Source: Henriciella sp. (GTDB lineage Bacteria; Pseudomonadota; Alphaproteobacteria; Caulobacterales; Hyphomonadaceae). From it: a stretch of 64,000 bases of DNA. Position numbers and translations under genes: made by a program. Positions 56,132 through 64,000 of the stretch are shown here, in pieces (position 1 is the stretch's first letter; each line of letters opens with the position of its first letter). Below the pieces are notes generated by a model. It worked only from the letters and a program-made list of their open reading frames with translations, did not search any database and was not told the DNA's origin. The DNA is taken from assembly GCA_965277015.1 (NCBI GenBank), contig OZ255705.1, positions 2,902,475 to 2,966,474 on the forward strand. The letters are read 5' to 3'.

Positions 56132-57913
56132 ATGCCACGTTATGATGCACCTGTTCGCGATATGCAGTTCATCTTGCACGATGTTCTATCCATCCAGAAT
56201 TATTCCAACCTGCCAGGGTTCGAAGATGCGACGCCAGATCTGGTCGACGCTATTCTCGAAGAATCCGGCAAGTTCGCAAAAGAAGTTCTGTTTCCGCTGA
56301 ACAAGATTGGCGACCAGCAAGGCTGCGTGCGCAATGCTGATGCCAGCGTGAAAACGCCCGACGGTTTCAAAGAAGCGTATCAGCAAATGGTCGACAATGG
56401 CTGGCTGTTGCTCGGCAAGTCGCCTGAAATGGGCGGACAAGGCCTGCCTTATGTCGTCAACATGGCGGCCAATGAGATGAACTCATCTGCGAACATGGCG
56501 TTTGCAATGTATCCCGGCCTGACTTCTGGCGCGTTTGAGGCCCTGATGGCTGGCGGCTCTGACGAGCAGCGCGCCATGTACGGACCGAATATGGCGTCCG
56601 GCAAATGGGCCGGCACGATGAACCTGACTGAGCCGCAATGCGGCACCGATCTCGGGTTGATCAAAACCAAAGCCGTCCCACAGCCCGACGGATCGTATAA
56701 AATCACGGGCCAGAAAATCTGGATCTCCGGCGGTGAGCAGGACCTGACAGAGAATATCATCCACCTCGTACTGGCGCGCATAGAAGGTGCGCCTGAGGGG
56801 ATCAAAGGCATCTCGCTTTTTGTTGTGCCGAAATTCATCGTCAATGAAGATGGCACGCCGGGCGAACGCAATGCGGCGTCATGCGGCGGCCTGGAAGAGA
56901 AAATGGGCATTCACGGCAATGCCACATGCGTGATGAATTATGACGGTGCGACGGGCTGGCTGGTCGGCGAAGAGCATAAAGGCATGCGCACCATGTTCGT
57001 GATGATGAATGAAGCACGCCTCGGCGTCGGCATGCAGGGCCTCGCGCAAGCAGAAGTCGCGTATCAGAATGCAGTTGATTTTGCCAATGACCGTCTGCAA
57101 GGGCGGTCCCTGAAAGGCACGCAGGCGCCGGACAAACCTGCCGATCCGGTTATTGTACATCCCGATGTCCGCCGAATGCTGATGGATCAGAAAGCCTTTA
57201 TCGAGGGCGCCCGGGCGTTCACATACTGGACGGCGCTATATGGCGACCTGCACCACAAGTCACCGGATGAGAAAGTGCGTGAGAAGGCCAGCGATTACAT
57301 GGCGCTTATGACGCCCGTCTTGAAGGCCTTCCTGACCGATCGCGGTTTCAAAATGGCCAATGAGGCGTTGCAAATTCACGGTGGCTCTGGGTTTACCCAG
57401 GAATGGGGGCTGGAACAATTTGTGCGCGATTGCCGGATCACCTTGATCTATGAAGGCACGAACGGCATTCAGGCGCTCGACCTGGTTGGCCGAAAACTGG
57501 CGTCAAATGGCGGCCGCGCCGTGTTCAGTTTCTTCGCTGAAATGGATGATTTTATTGGCACGCATGAAGGCAATGCCGAGCTCGAGCCTTTCATTGAAGG
57601 TCTGAAGACAGCCAAAGCGCAGCTGCAGGACGGCACAACCTGGCTGATGCAGAATGGCATGAGTGACTTTAACAATGCCGGTGCAGCGTCTGCGGATTAC
57701 TTGCAGCTGTTCGGTCTCACCGCGCTGACTTATATGTGGTCGCTCATGGCGAAAGTGGCGCTCGAGAAGAAGGGCGACGATCCGTTCTTCGACGATAAGA
57801 TCACCACGGGTAAGTATTATATCTCTCGCGTTTTGCCAGAAGCCTCGTCTCATCTGGCGAAGCTGAAAACAGGGGCCGACCTGATGATGGCTCTGCCAGC
57901 AGACCGGTTCTAA
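56132..57913 (+). CDS. Acyl-CoA dehydrogenase (about 600 aa type with C-terminal extension)
   Basis: GTMNLTEPQCGTDLG, KIWISGG, EEKMGIHGNATC, QIHGGSGF..EWG, IYEGTNGIQALDL. Confidence 0.95.
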   Translation: MPRYDAPVRDMQFILHDVLSIQNYSNLPGFEDATPDLVDAILEESGKFAKEVLFPLNKIGDQQGCVRNADASVKTPDGFKEAYQQMVDNGWLLLGKSPEMGGQGLPYVVNMAANEMNSSANMAFAMYPGLTSGAFEALMAGGSDEQRAMYGPNMASGKWAGTMNLTEPQCGTDLGLIKTKAVPQPDGSYKITGQKIWISGGEQDLTENIIHLVLARIEGAPEGIKGISLFVVPKFIVNEDGTPGERNAASCGGLEEKMGIHGNATCVMNYDGATGWLVGEEHKGMRTMFVMMNEARLGVGMQGLAQAEVAYQNAVDFANDRLQGRSLKGTQAPDKPADPVIVHPDVRRMLMDQKAFIEGARAFTYWTALYGDLHHKSPDEKVREKASDYMALMTPVLKAFLTDRGFKMANEALQIHGGSGFTQEWGLEQFVRDCRITLIYEGTNGIQALDLVGRKLASNGGRAVFSFFAEMDDFIGTHEGNAELEPFIEGLKTAKAQLQDGTTWLMQNGMSDFNNAGAASADYLQLFGLTALTYMWSLMAKVALEKKGDDPFFDDKITTGKYYISRVLPEASSHLAKLKTGADLMMALPADRF

Positions 57914-58016
57914 GATTGGAATCCGTGCCGGGGCGGTCCGTTCGCATGAGTGGACTGCCCCAGCCTGACATCTTCTCGTTACGTCACGACTGGTCAAAAC
58001 CCGATTGATCGCCTAT

Positions 58017-58034
58017 GTTGACGTGAACGTAAAC
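58017..58034. promoter_or_regulatory. LiuR-type operator
   Basis: GTTGACGTGAACGTAAAC upstream of the 58063 gene. Confidence 0.75.
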
Positions 58035-58062
58035 GTCACAATCATTATCCTGGAGTATCTTT

Positions 58063-59226
58063 ATGTCCGATGTCCTCAATGTCCCTCCATCACAGTGGCG
58101 TCAGGATGAAGAAATCAAGATCTTTAGCGATGCCGTGGCGCAATTCTTCGACAAGGAATTGAAGCCGCATGTTGAAGGCTGGCGCGAAGTCGGCGCTGTC
58201 CCGCGGGATATCTGGTACAAAGCTGCAGAGCAGGGCCTCTTACTGGTTTCCGCGCCCGAGGAATATGGCGGTGCGGGCGGTGACTTTCGCCACGATGCGG
58301 TGATTATCGAACAGCTCGAACTACAAGGCATAGCCGGGTTCGGCATCGGTTTACACAATGCCATCGTTGCGCCCTACATCATCCATTACGGCACAGAAGA
58401 CCAAAAACAGCGTCTCTTGCCGAAGCTGGCATCTGGCGAACTGGTTTGTGCCATCGCCATGACAGAGCCGGGCACCGGGTCAGATCTGCAAGCGATCAAG
58501 ACCACAGCGACCAAGGATGGCAATGGCTATGTGATCAACGGCTCCAAGACCTTCATCACCAATGGCCAGACCGCCAATCTGGTTCTTGTCTGCGCTAAGA
58601 CAGATCCAACCAAAGGCGCCAAGGGTATTTCGATCATGCTGGTCGAAACCGACGAAGTTGATGGCTTTGAACGCGGCCGCAATCTCAAGAAAATCGGCCA
58701 GCCTGCTGCTGATACGTCAGAACTGTTTTTCAATGATGTAAAAGTTCCGGCATCAGCGTTGCTCGGCGAAGAAGAAGGCAAGGGCTTCATCCAGCTGATG
58801 CAGCAACTCCCGCAGGAACGCCACATTATCGGCATTCAGGGCATTGGCATGATTGAACGCGCGATCAAGGAAACCGTCGCCTATGTGAAGCAGCGCAAAG
58901 CGTTTGGCGGCACAATCATGGATTTCCAGAACACTCAGTTCAAGCTCGCCGAATGCAAAACTGAAGCGACAGTTGCGAAGGTCTTTGCCGAACATTGTAC
59001 TGAGTTATTGCTGAAAGGCGAGCTTGATGCGGCAACCGCGTCGATGTCGAAATACTGGATCTCGGATCTGCAATGCAAGATCATTGACGAATGCCTGCAG
59101 CTGCATGGTGGCTGGGGCTATATGGATGAGTATCCAATCGGCCAGATGTATCAGGATGCCCGCGTCCAGCGCATCTATGGCGGCGCCAATGAAGTGATGA
59201 AAATGCTGATTGCGAGGACGCTGTAA
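58063..59226 (+). CDS. Acyl-CoA dehydrogenase (long-chain type)
   Basis: AIAMTEPGTGSDLQ, NGSKTFITNG, QLHGGWGYMDEY, QRIYGGANEVMK. Confidence 0.95.
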   Translation: MSDVLNVPPSQWRQDEEIKIFSDAVAQFFDKELKPHVEGWREVGAVPRDIWYKAAEQGLLLVSAPEEYGGAGGDFRHDAVIIEQLELQGIAGFGIGLHNAIVAPYIIHYGTEDQKQRLLPKLASGELVCAIAMTEPGTGSDLQAIKTTATKDGNGYVINGSKTFITNGQTANLVLVCAKTDPTKGAKGISIMLVETDEVDGFERGRNLKKIGQPAADTSELFFNDVKVPASALLGEEEGKGFIQLMQQLPQERHIIGIQGIGMIERAIKETVAYVKQRKAFGGTIMDFQNTQFKLAECKTEATVAKVFAEHCTELLLKGELDAATASMSKYWISDLQCKIIDECLQLHGGWGYMDEYPIGQMYQDARVQRIYGGANEVMKMLIARTL

Positions 59227-59228
59227 GC

Positions 59229-59657
59229 TTGCCCGATAGCCATCTCCTCACCGATATATTTCCAAAGCCCGCCGAGAGCTCCAAGTCTCTCGGATTTGAG
59301 CTGGTCTCGCTCGATATGAGCAAGATGGAAACCCGGGTGCGGTTCGACGGCAAGACGGTATTCACCAATCCAGCCGGCTATATTCAAGGCGGCTATCTCT
59401 CGGCCATGCTGGACGACACAATCGGCATGCTCGCGACCGTCAAGACCGGCACGCGGGCCTTTCCATCGACAATAGATCTGCACACGACCTTTTTACGACC
59501 CGTGAGAGTCGGCGCGATTGAAGTCGCCGCCCGCCTTCGCAATATTGGCCGACAAGTGATCTTCGCCGAAGCCGACCTTTATGACTCGCGCGGCAAGGAA
59601 GCTGCTCGAGCCAGAGCCTCGCTCGCCATCAATCCCATGAAGGCGCCCGCAACATGA
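59229..59657 (+). CDS. PaaI-family hotdog thioesterase
   Basis: NPAGYIQGGYLSAMLDD, TIDLHTTFLRP; TTG start. Confidence 0.88.
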   Translation: MPDSHLLTDIFPKPAESSKSLGFELVSLDMSKMETRVRFDGKTVFTNPAGYIQGGYLSAMLDDTIGMLATVKTGTRAFPSTIDLHTTFLRPVRVGAIEVAARLRNIGRQVIFAEADLYDSRGKEAARARASLAINPMKAPAT

Positions 59658-59694
59658 CGAACCATTTTGAAGTTACGAACAGGAGAAACCTCCC

Positions 59695-60900
59695 ATGACT
59701 GAAGCCTATATTTATGACGCAGTGCGAACCCCGCGCGGCAAAGGCAAAAAATCCGGCAGCTTGCACGAAATCACCGCGCTCGACCTGTCTTCGCAAACCT
59801 TGAAAGCGATCCGCGATCGCAATGATCTCGACACCAAATATGTCGATGATGTCGTGCTTGGCTGTGTCTCGCCGGTCGGTGAGCAAGGCGGCGACATTGC
59901 TCGTATCGCGGTTCTGAACGCAGATTACGCTGAGACGACCGCTGGTGTTCAAGTCGACCGCTTCTGCGCCTCAGGCCTGGAAGCTTGTAATATGGCAGCC
60001 GCGAAAGTCATGACCGGCGAAGCCGACATGGCCATCGGCGGCGGCATTGAAAGCATGAGTCGCGTGCCAATGGGCGCGGCTGGTGGGGCTTGGTCTTCTG
60101 ACCCGCAAATTGCGTTGAAATCCTATTTCTCACCGCAAGGCGTCGGCGCGGATACAATCGCCACCAAGTGGGGCTTCTCCCGCGATGATGTTGATGCTTA
60201 TGCGGTTGAGTCTCAGCAGCGTGCCGCACGGGCCTGGGAAGAAGGCCGGTTCTCGAAATCAATCGTTGCCGTCAAAGATCAGATGGGCGGCACCCGCCTA
60301 GACCATGACGAACACATGCGCCCGCAAGCGGACATGCAGTCGCTCGCCGCGCTGAACCCGTCTTTCGCCGGCATGGGCGCGATGGGCTTTGATGAAGTCA
60401 TCAAGCAGCGCTATCCGGAACTGGAAGCGATCAATCACGTCCACCATGCGGGTAACTCGTCGGGTATCGTGGATGGCGCGTCTGCGGTTCTTTTCGGGTC
60501 GAAAGAAATGGGCGAGCGTCTTGGCCTTAAGCCACGCGCCCGCGTCAAGCAAATGGCGTCGATCGGATCCGAGCCAGGCATCATGCTGACCGGCCCGACA
60601 GATGTGACCCTGAAAGCTTTGAAAAAAGCTGGTATGGATGTTGGCGATATTGACCTCTATGAGCTCAATGAAGCGTTCGCGTCAGTTCCGATGTTGATGA
60701 TGCACTTGCTCGGCATTTCGCATGACAAGATGAACGTCAATGGCGGCGCGATTGCGATGGGCCACCCGCTCGGCGCAACAGGCGGCATGCTGCTCGGAAC
60801 CATGGTCGACGAACTTGAGCGTGCTGACAAAGAGACCGCTCTGGTCACGCTTTGTGTTGGTGCGGGCATGGGCACCGCGACGATTATTGAGCGCGTTTAG
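59695..60900 (+). CDS. Acetyl-CoA C-acyltransferase (thiolase)
   Basis: [10 protein letters not shown] (catalytic Cys), [29 protein letters not shown]. Confidence 0.96.
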   Translation: MTEAYIYDAVRTPRGKGKKSGSLHEITALDLSSQTLKAIRDRNDLDTKYVDDVVLGCVSPVGEQGGDIARIAVLNADYAETTAGVQVDRFCASGLEACNMAAAKVMTGEADMAIGGGIESMSRVPMGAAGGAWSSDPQIALKSYFSPQGVGADTIATKWGFSRDDVDAYAVESQQRAARAWEEGRFSKSIVAVKDQMGGTRLDHDEHMRPQADMQSLAALNPSFAGMGAMGFDEVIKQRYPELEAINHVHHAGNSSGIVDGASAVLFGSKEMGERLGLKPRARVKQMASIGSEPGIMLTGPTDVTLKALKKAGMDVGDIDLYELNEAFASVPMLMMHLLGISHDKMNVNGGAIAMGHPLGATGGMLLGTMVDELERADKETALVTLCVGAGMGTATIIERV

Positions 60901-60903
60901 AGC

Positions 60904-61107
60904 ATGAAGAAACAATCAGCTCTTCCCATAGGCATTGGCGTCGGCGTTGCAATTGGTGCCGGGGTCGGGGCCGCGACAGGAGACCTCGCCATCTGGCTTC
61001 CGATTGGTATTTCAATCGGTGCTGCGCTTGGCGTCGTGTTTATGTCGGCAGGGGCTGATTTCGAAGAAGACAACACAGACGAGGGCCACGAGCCCCGCAA
61101 GGATTAA
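60904..61107 (+). CDS. Small glycine-zipper membrane protein
   Basis: 67 aa, GIGVGVAIGAGVGAATG..GISIGAALG; fills the gap between thiolase and the multifunctional enzyme with 3- and 5-nt spacers. Confidence 0.75.
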   Translation: MKKQSALPIGIGVGVAIGAGVGAATGDLAIWLPIGISIGAALGVVFMSAGADFEEDNTDEGHEPRKD

Positions 61108-61112
61108 GTAAA

Positions 61113-63347
61113 ATGAACCTCGAAACATTCTCTTTCGATATTGACGCTGACGGGATCGCGCACGCTGTATTTGACGTGCCAGGCCGCAGCATGAACACGC
61201 TGACCGGAAAGGCCATCGCGGACATTATCGCGATCACCAAGGAAGTTGGCGAGAATGACAAGATCACGGGTCTGGTTATCTCATCTGGCAAGCCGTCCGG
61301 CTTTTGCGCCGGGGCAGACCTTGGCGAAATGAACGAAAGTGCTGGCGGCGGCAAACCGGAAGCGGAAATGTCTGAAGCCGAGCTAAAAGCCAAACAATTC
61401 GAGCGTGGCTTTGCCCTCAACAAGACTCTGCGCGAACTTGAAACCTGCGGTAAGCCAATTGCTGTCGCGCTGAACGGTCTGGCGCTTGGCGGCGGCCTCG
61501 AAGTGGCACTGGCCGGGCATTACCGTGTCGCCGCGAACGATAATCCAAAGCTGCAATTCGGCTTGCCAGAAGCCAAGATTGGTCTGCTCCCCGGCGCCGG
61601 CGGAACCCAGCGCCTGCCGCGTCTGATCGGTGTGCAGGAAGCCCTGCCAATGATCTTGCAAGGCACCAGCATCAAAGCCGACAAGGCCCACAAAATGGGT
61701 GTCGTGAATGAGCTCGCGGCGTCTTCGGATACTGTTGCCAAGTGTAAGGAATGGATCAAAGCCAATCCTGATGCGAAAGCGCCTTGGGATGAAAAAGGCT
61801 TCAAGATGCCAGGCGGTGTGGTCCACCGCGCGCCGGGCGCTGGCCAGGTTGCAACCATGTCCAACGCGATGCTCGCAGCAAAGACTTATGGCAATTATCC
61901 TGCACAGAAAAACATCCTGTCTTGCGTCTATGAGGGTACGCAAGTGCCGATCGATGCCGCGCTGCGGATTGAGACGCGTTACTTCATAAACACCCAGCAA
62001 CGCCCGGAAGCGAAAGCGATGATCCGCTCGCTCTTCCTGTCGATGCAGGAATTGTCCAAAGGCGGAAACCGCCCTGCGGGCTATCCAAAGACCGAGTTCA
62101 AAAAGATCGCCGTTATTGGCGCCGGTCTGATGGGGGCGGGCATTGCTTATGTGCAAGCCAAAGCCGGTATCCCGACCGTTCTCGTCGATGTCTCGATGGA
62201 GAATGCTGAAAAGGGTAAGGACTATTCGCGCCGCCTGGTTGAGAAAGCCGTATCGCGCGGCAAGTCGAGCCAGGAAAAAGGTGACGCCTTGCTCGACCTG
62301 ATCACCACGACGGATAATTATGACGACGTCAAAGGCGCCGATCTGGTGGTCGAAGCTGTGTTCGAGAATCCAGAGCTGAAGGCCAAAATCACCAAGATGG
62401 CCGAAGACGTGATCAGCGCTGATGCGGTGTTTGGATCCAACACATCGACTCTGCCGATTACTGGTCTGGCCGAAGCGTCTCAGCGTCCTGAGAACTTCAT
62501 CGGTATCCACTTCTTCTCACCGGTTGAGCGGATGGGTCTGGTTGAGATCATCACAGGTGAAAAGACCAGCGAAGAAACCCTCGCCAAGTCTGTCGATTAT
62601 GTCCTCGCGATCCGCAAGACGCCGATCGTCGTCAATGATAGCCGCGGCTTCTACACTTCGCGCTGCTTCGGGACCTATACTCAGGAAGGCATGGCAATGC
62701 TGGCCGAAGGCATCAAGCCTGCGATTATTGAAAATGTCGGGCGTCAGTCTGGTATGCCAATGGGCGCACTGGAAGTATCTGACTCGGTTGGCCTCGACAC
62801 CGCCCTGAAAGTCGGACGCCAAATGGCGCAAGCCGCCGGCATTGATTATAATGCCAATGAGCTTGGTCAGATGATGGCCTGGCTGGTTGAAGATCAGGGC
62901 CGGGTTGGTCGCAAAGCTGGCAAAGGCTTCTATGACTATAATGAAAAGGGCAAACCCGCCCGCCTGTGGCCCGACCTGAACAGCCGCATCGATGTCACAG
63001 TCGATGAATGCCCACCAGAGCTGAAAAAGCACCTGACCAATCGCTTCCTGGTGCGCCAGGCGGTCGAAGTTGCGCGCTGCTTTGAAGAAGGCGTCATCAC
63101 GGATGCCCGCGACGCGGATATCGGCTCAATCCTGGCCTGGGGCTTTGCGCCTTATACAGGGGGCTGCGCTTCCTACATGGATCTGATCTGGGGCATTCCG
63201 GAATTCGTCGCCGAAGCCGACGCACTGGCTGAGAAGTATGGCGACCGGTTCAAAGTCCCGCAGCTGCTGCGTGACATGGCCGCGAATGGCGAGACGTTCT
63301 ACTCGCGCTTCCCTCCGGGCGGTGTAAAAGCGAAAGCCGCAGCCTAA
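61113..63347 (+). CDS. fadJ: Multifunctional enoyl-CoA hydratase / 3-hydroxyacyl-CoA dehydrogenase (FadJ/FadB type)
   Basis: GFCAGADL, ALGGGLE, GLPEAKIGLLPGAGG, VIGAGLMGAGI, EAVFEN, SNTSTL, HFFSPV. Confidence 0.93.
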   Translation: MNLETFSFDIDADGIAHAVFDVPGRSMNTLTGKAIADIIAITKEVGENDKITGLVISSGKPSGFCAGADLGEMNESAGGGKPEAEMSEAELKAKQFERGFALNKTLRELETCGKPIAVALNGLALGGGLEVALAGHYRVAANDNPKLQFGLPEAKIGLLPGAGGTQRLPRLIGVQEALPMILQGTSIKADKAHKMGVVNELAASSDTVAKCKEWIKANPDAKAPWDEKGFKMPGGVVHRAPGAGQVATMSNAMLAAKTYGNYPAQKNILSCVYEGTQVPIDAALRIETRYFINTQQRPEAKAMIRSLFLSMQELSKGGNRPAGYPKTEFKKIAVIGAGLMGAGIAYVQAKAGIPTVLVDVSMENAEKGKDYSRRLVEKAVSRGKSSQEKGDALLDLITTTDNYDDVKGADLVVEAVFENPELKAKITKMAEDVISADAVFGSNTSTLPITGLAEASQRPENFIGIHFFSPVERMGLVEIITGEKTSEETLAKSVDYVLAIRKTPIVVNDSRGFYTSRCFGTYTQEGMAMLAEGIKPAIIENVGRQSGMPMGALEVSDSVGLDTALKVGRQMAQAAGIDYNANELGQMMAWLVEDQGRVGRKAGKGFYDYNEKGKPARLWPDLNSRIDVTVDECPPELKKHLTNRFLVRQAVEVARCFEEGVITDARDADIGSILAWGFAPYTGGCASYMDLIWGIPEFVAEADALAEKYGDRFKVPQLLRDMAANGETFYSRFPPGGVKAKAAA

Positions 63348-63373
63348 GGCCGCGGCTTCCCAGAACTAAAAAG

Positions 63374-63405
63374 AAAGGCCGGAGCGTTCTGCTCCGGCCT
63401 TTTTT
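63374..63405. terminator. Bidirectional intrinsic terminator
   Basis: aaaggccggagc-gttct-gctccggccttt with A and T tracts, between convergent genes. Confidence 0.9.
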
Positions 63406-63407
63406 AA

Positions 63408-64000
63408 TCAGGCGCCGTCTTCGACAATCGGCGTGAGAAGGATCTCTACGCGTCTATTGGCAACACGGCCTGCCTGAGTAGAGTTGTCAGCGATCGGCTG
63501 GCTTTCGCCCATTCCAATCGCTCGCATCCGAACCGATTGTACCCCGCTATTCGCGAGATAGGACTGCACCGATGTGGCCCGGCGCTCGGAAAGGTCCTGA
63601 TTATAATCATCCGGACCGTCAGAGCTGGCATGACCAACGACATCAACCGCTGTTTTCGGATACTCGATCAGCGTTGTGCTGACTTCATCGAGCGGGCCAT
63701 AGAAGCCGCCCTGGATCGCAGCGCTGTTCACGTCGAACGTAATGCCAGATGGCATGGTCAACGCAATCTGATCACCGACGCGTTGAACTTCGATACCTGT
63801 TCCTTCGGTTTGACGACGCAATTCTTCTTCCTGTTTGTCCATATAGACGCCAACAGCCGCGCCGCCGAGGGCGCCAATAGCCGCCCCGATTGCAGCGTTT
63901 CTCTTATCGTCACCGCCAGCCATCATGCCGACGCCAGCGCCAATAATTGCACCGCCTGCAGCTGTGCCGAGGGTTCGGTTTGAAACATTCTGACAGCCCG
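63408..64000 (-). CDS. OmpA-family lipoprotein with glycine zipper (YiaD-like), 5' end outside the window
   Basis: Frame is open to the window edge (..GCQNVSNRTLGTAAGGAIIG); GVYMDKQEEELR, VVGHASSDG, NQDLSERRA, NRRVEI. Confidence 0.92.
   Translation of the reverse strand, partial: GCQNVSNRTLGTAAGGAIIGAGVGMMAGGDDKRNAAIGAAIGALGGAAVGVYMDKQEEELRRQTEGTGIEVQRVGDQIALTMPSGITFDVNSAAIQGGFYGPLDEVSTTLIEYPKTAVDVVGHASSDGPDDYNQDLSERRATSVQSYLANSGVQSVRMRAIGMGESQPIADNSTQAGRVANRRVEILLTPIVEDGA

Overview
Chromosomal window from an alphaproteobacterium of the Caulobacter/Hyphomonas type. The taxon is inferred from podJ, cpdR, an ntrZ-like gene, CtrA boxes and the glnD-murJ and hemC-hemD-hemY gene orders. Core genes lie at 1-7.5 kb (murJ, glnD, hisN-like IMPase, XRE regulator, an unannotated suhB/MmgR-type sRNA, N-formylglutamate amidohydrolase, cpdR, tRNA-Val-GAC). 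They resume at 38.1-64 kb (tRNA-Thr-CGT, hem genes, a GH5 glycoside hydrolase, tsaD, ntrZ-like gene, porin, leuS-lptE-holA, podJ, a LiuR-type MerR regulator with a beta-oxidation cluster, and a partial OmpA lipoprotein). About 27.5 kb of accessory DNA follows tRNA-Val. It is divided into three tandem units by copies of the tRNA-Val 3' end or its core (9892, 14986, 35062). The two small units are bracketed by identically spaced TGGCAACGT arm-type repeats and 10-bp-phased CTACG repeats, yet no integrase is present in the window. The 20-kb third unit carries the most striking locus, an 8-gene operon (20309-29086). It encodes a membrane-anchored trypsin-like pseudoprotease and an intact trypsin-like protease, each with a cytoplasmic FHA domain, two further FHA proteins, a membrane PP2C phosphatase, a Ser/Thr kinase fused to a periplasmic FGE-sulfatase (TagR-like) domain, and two related coiled-coil lipoproteins. 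By architecture it resembles the T6SS threonine-phosphorylation sensing pathway, but with a periplasmic protease and no T6SS genes. A Gtr-like glycosylation trio sits between the island and tRNA-Thr. All family assignments come from motif recognition by eye; no searches were run.
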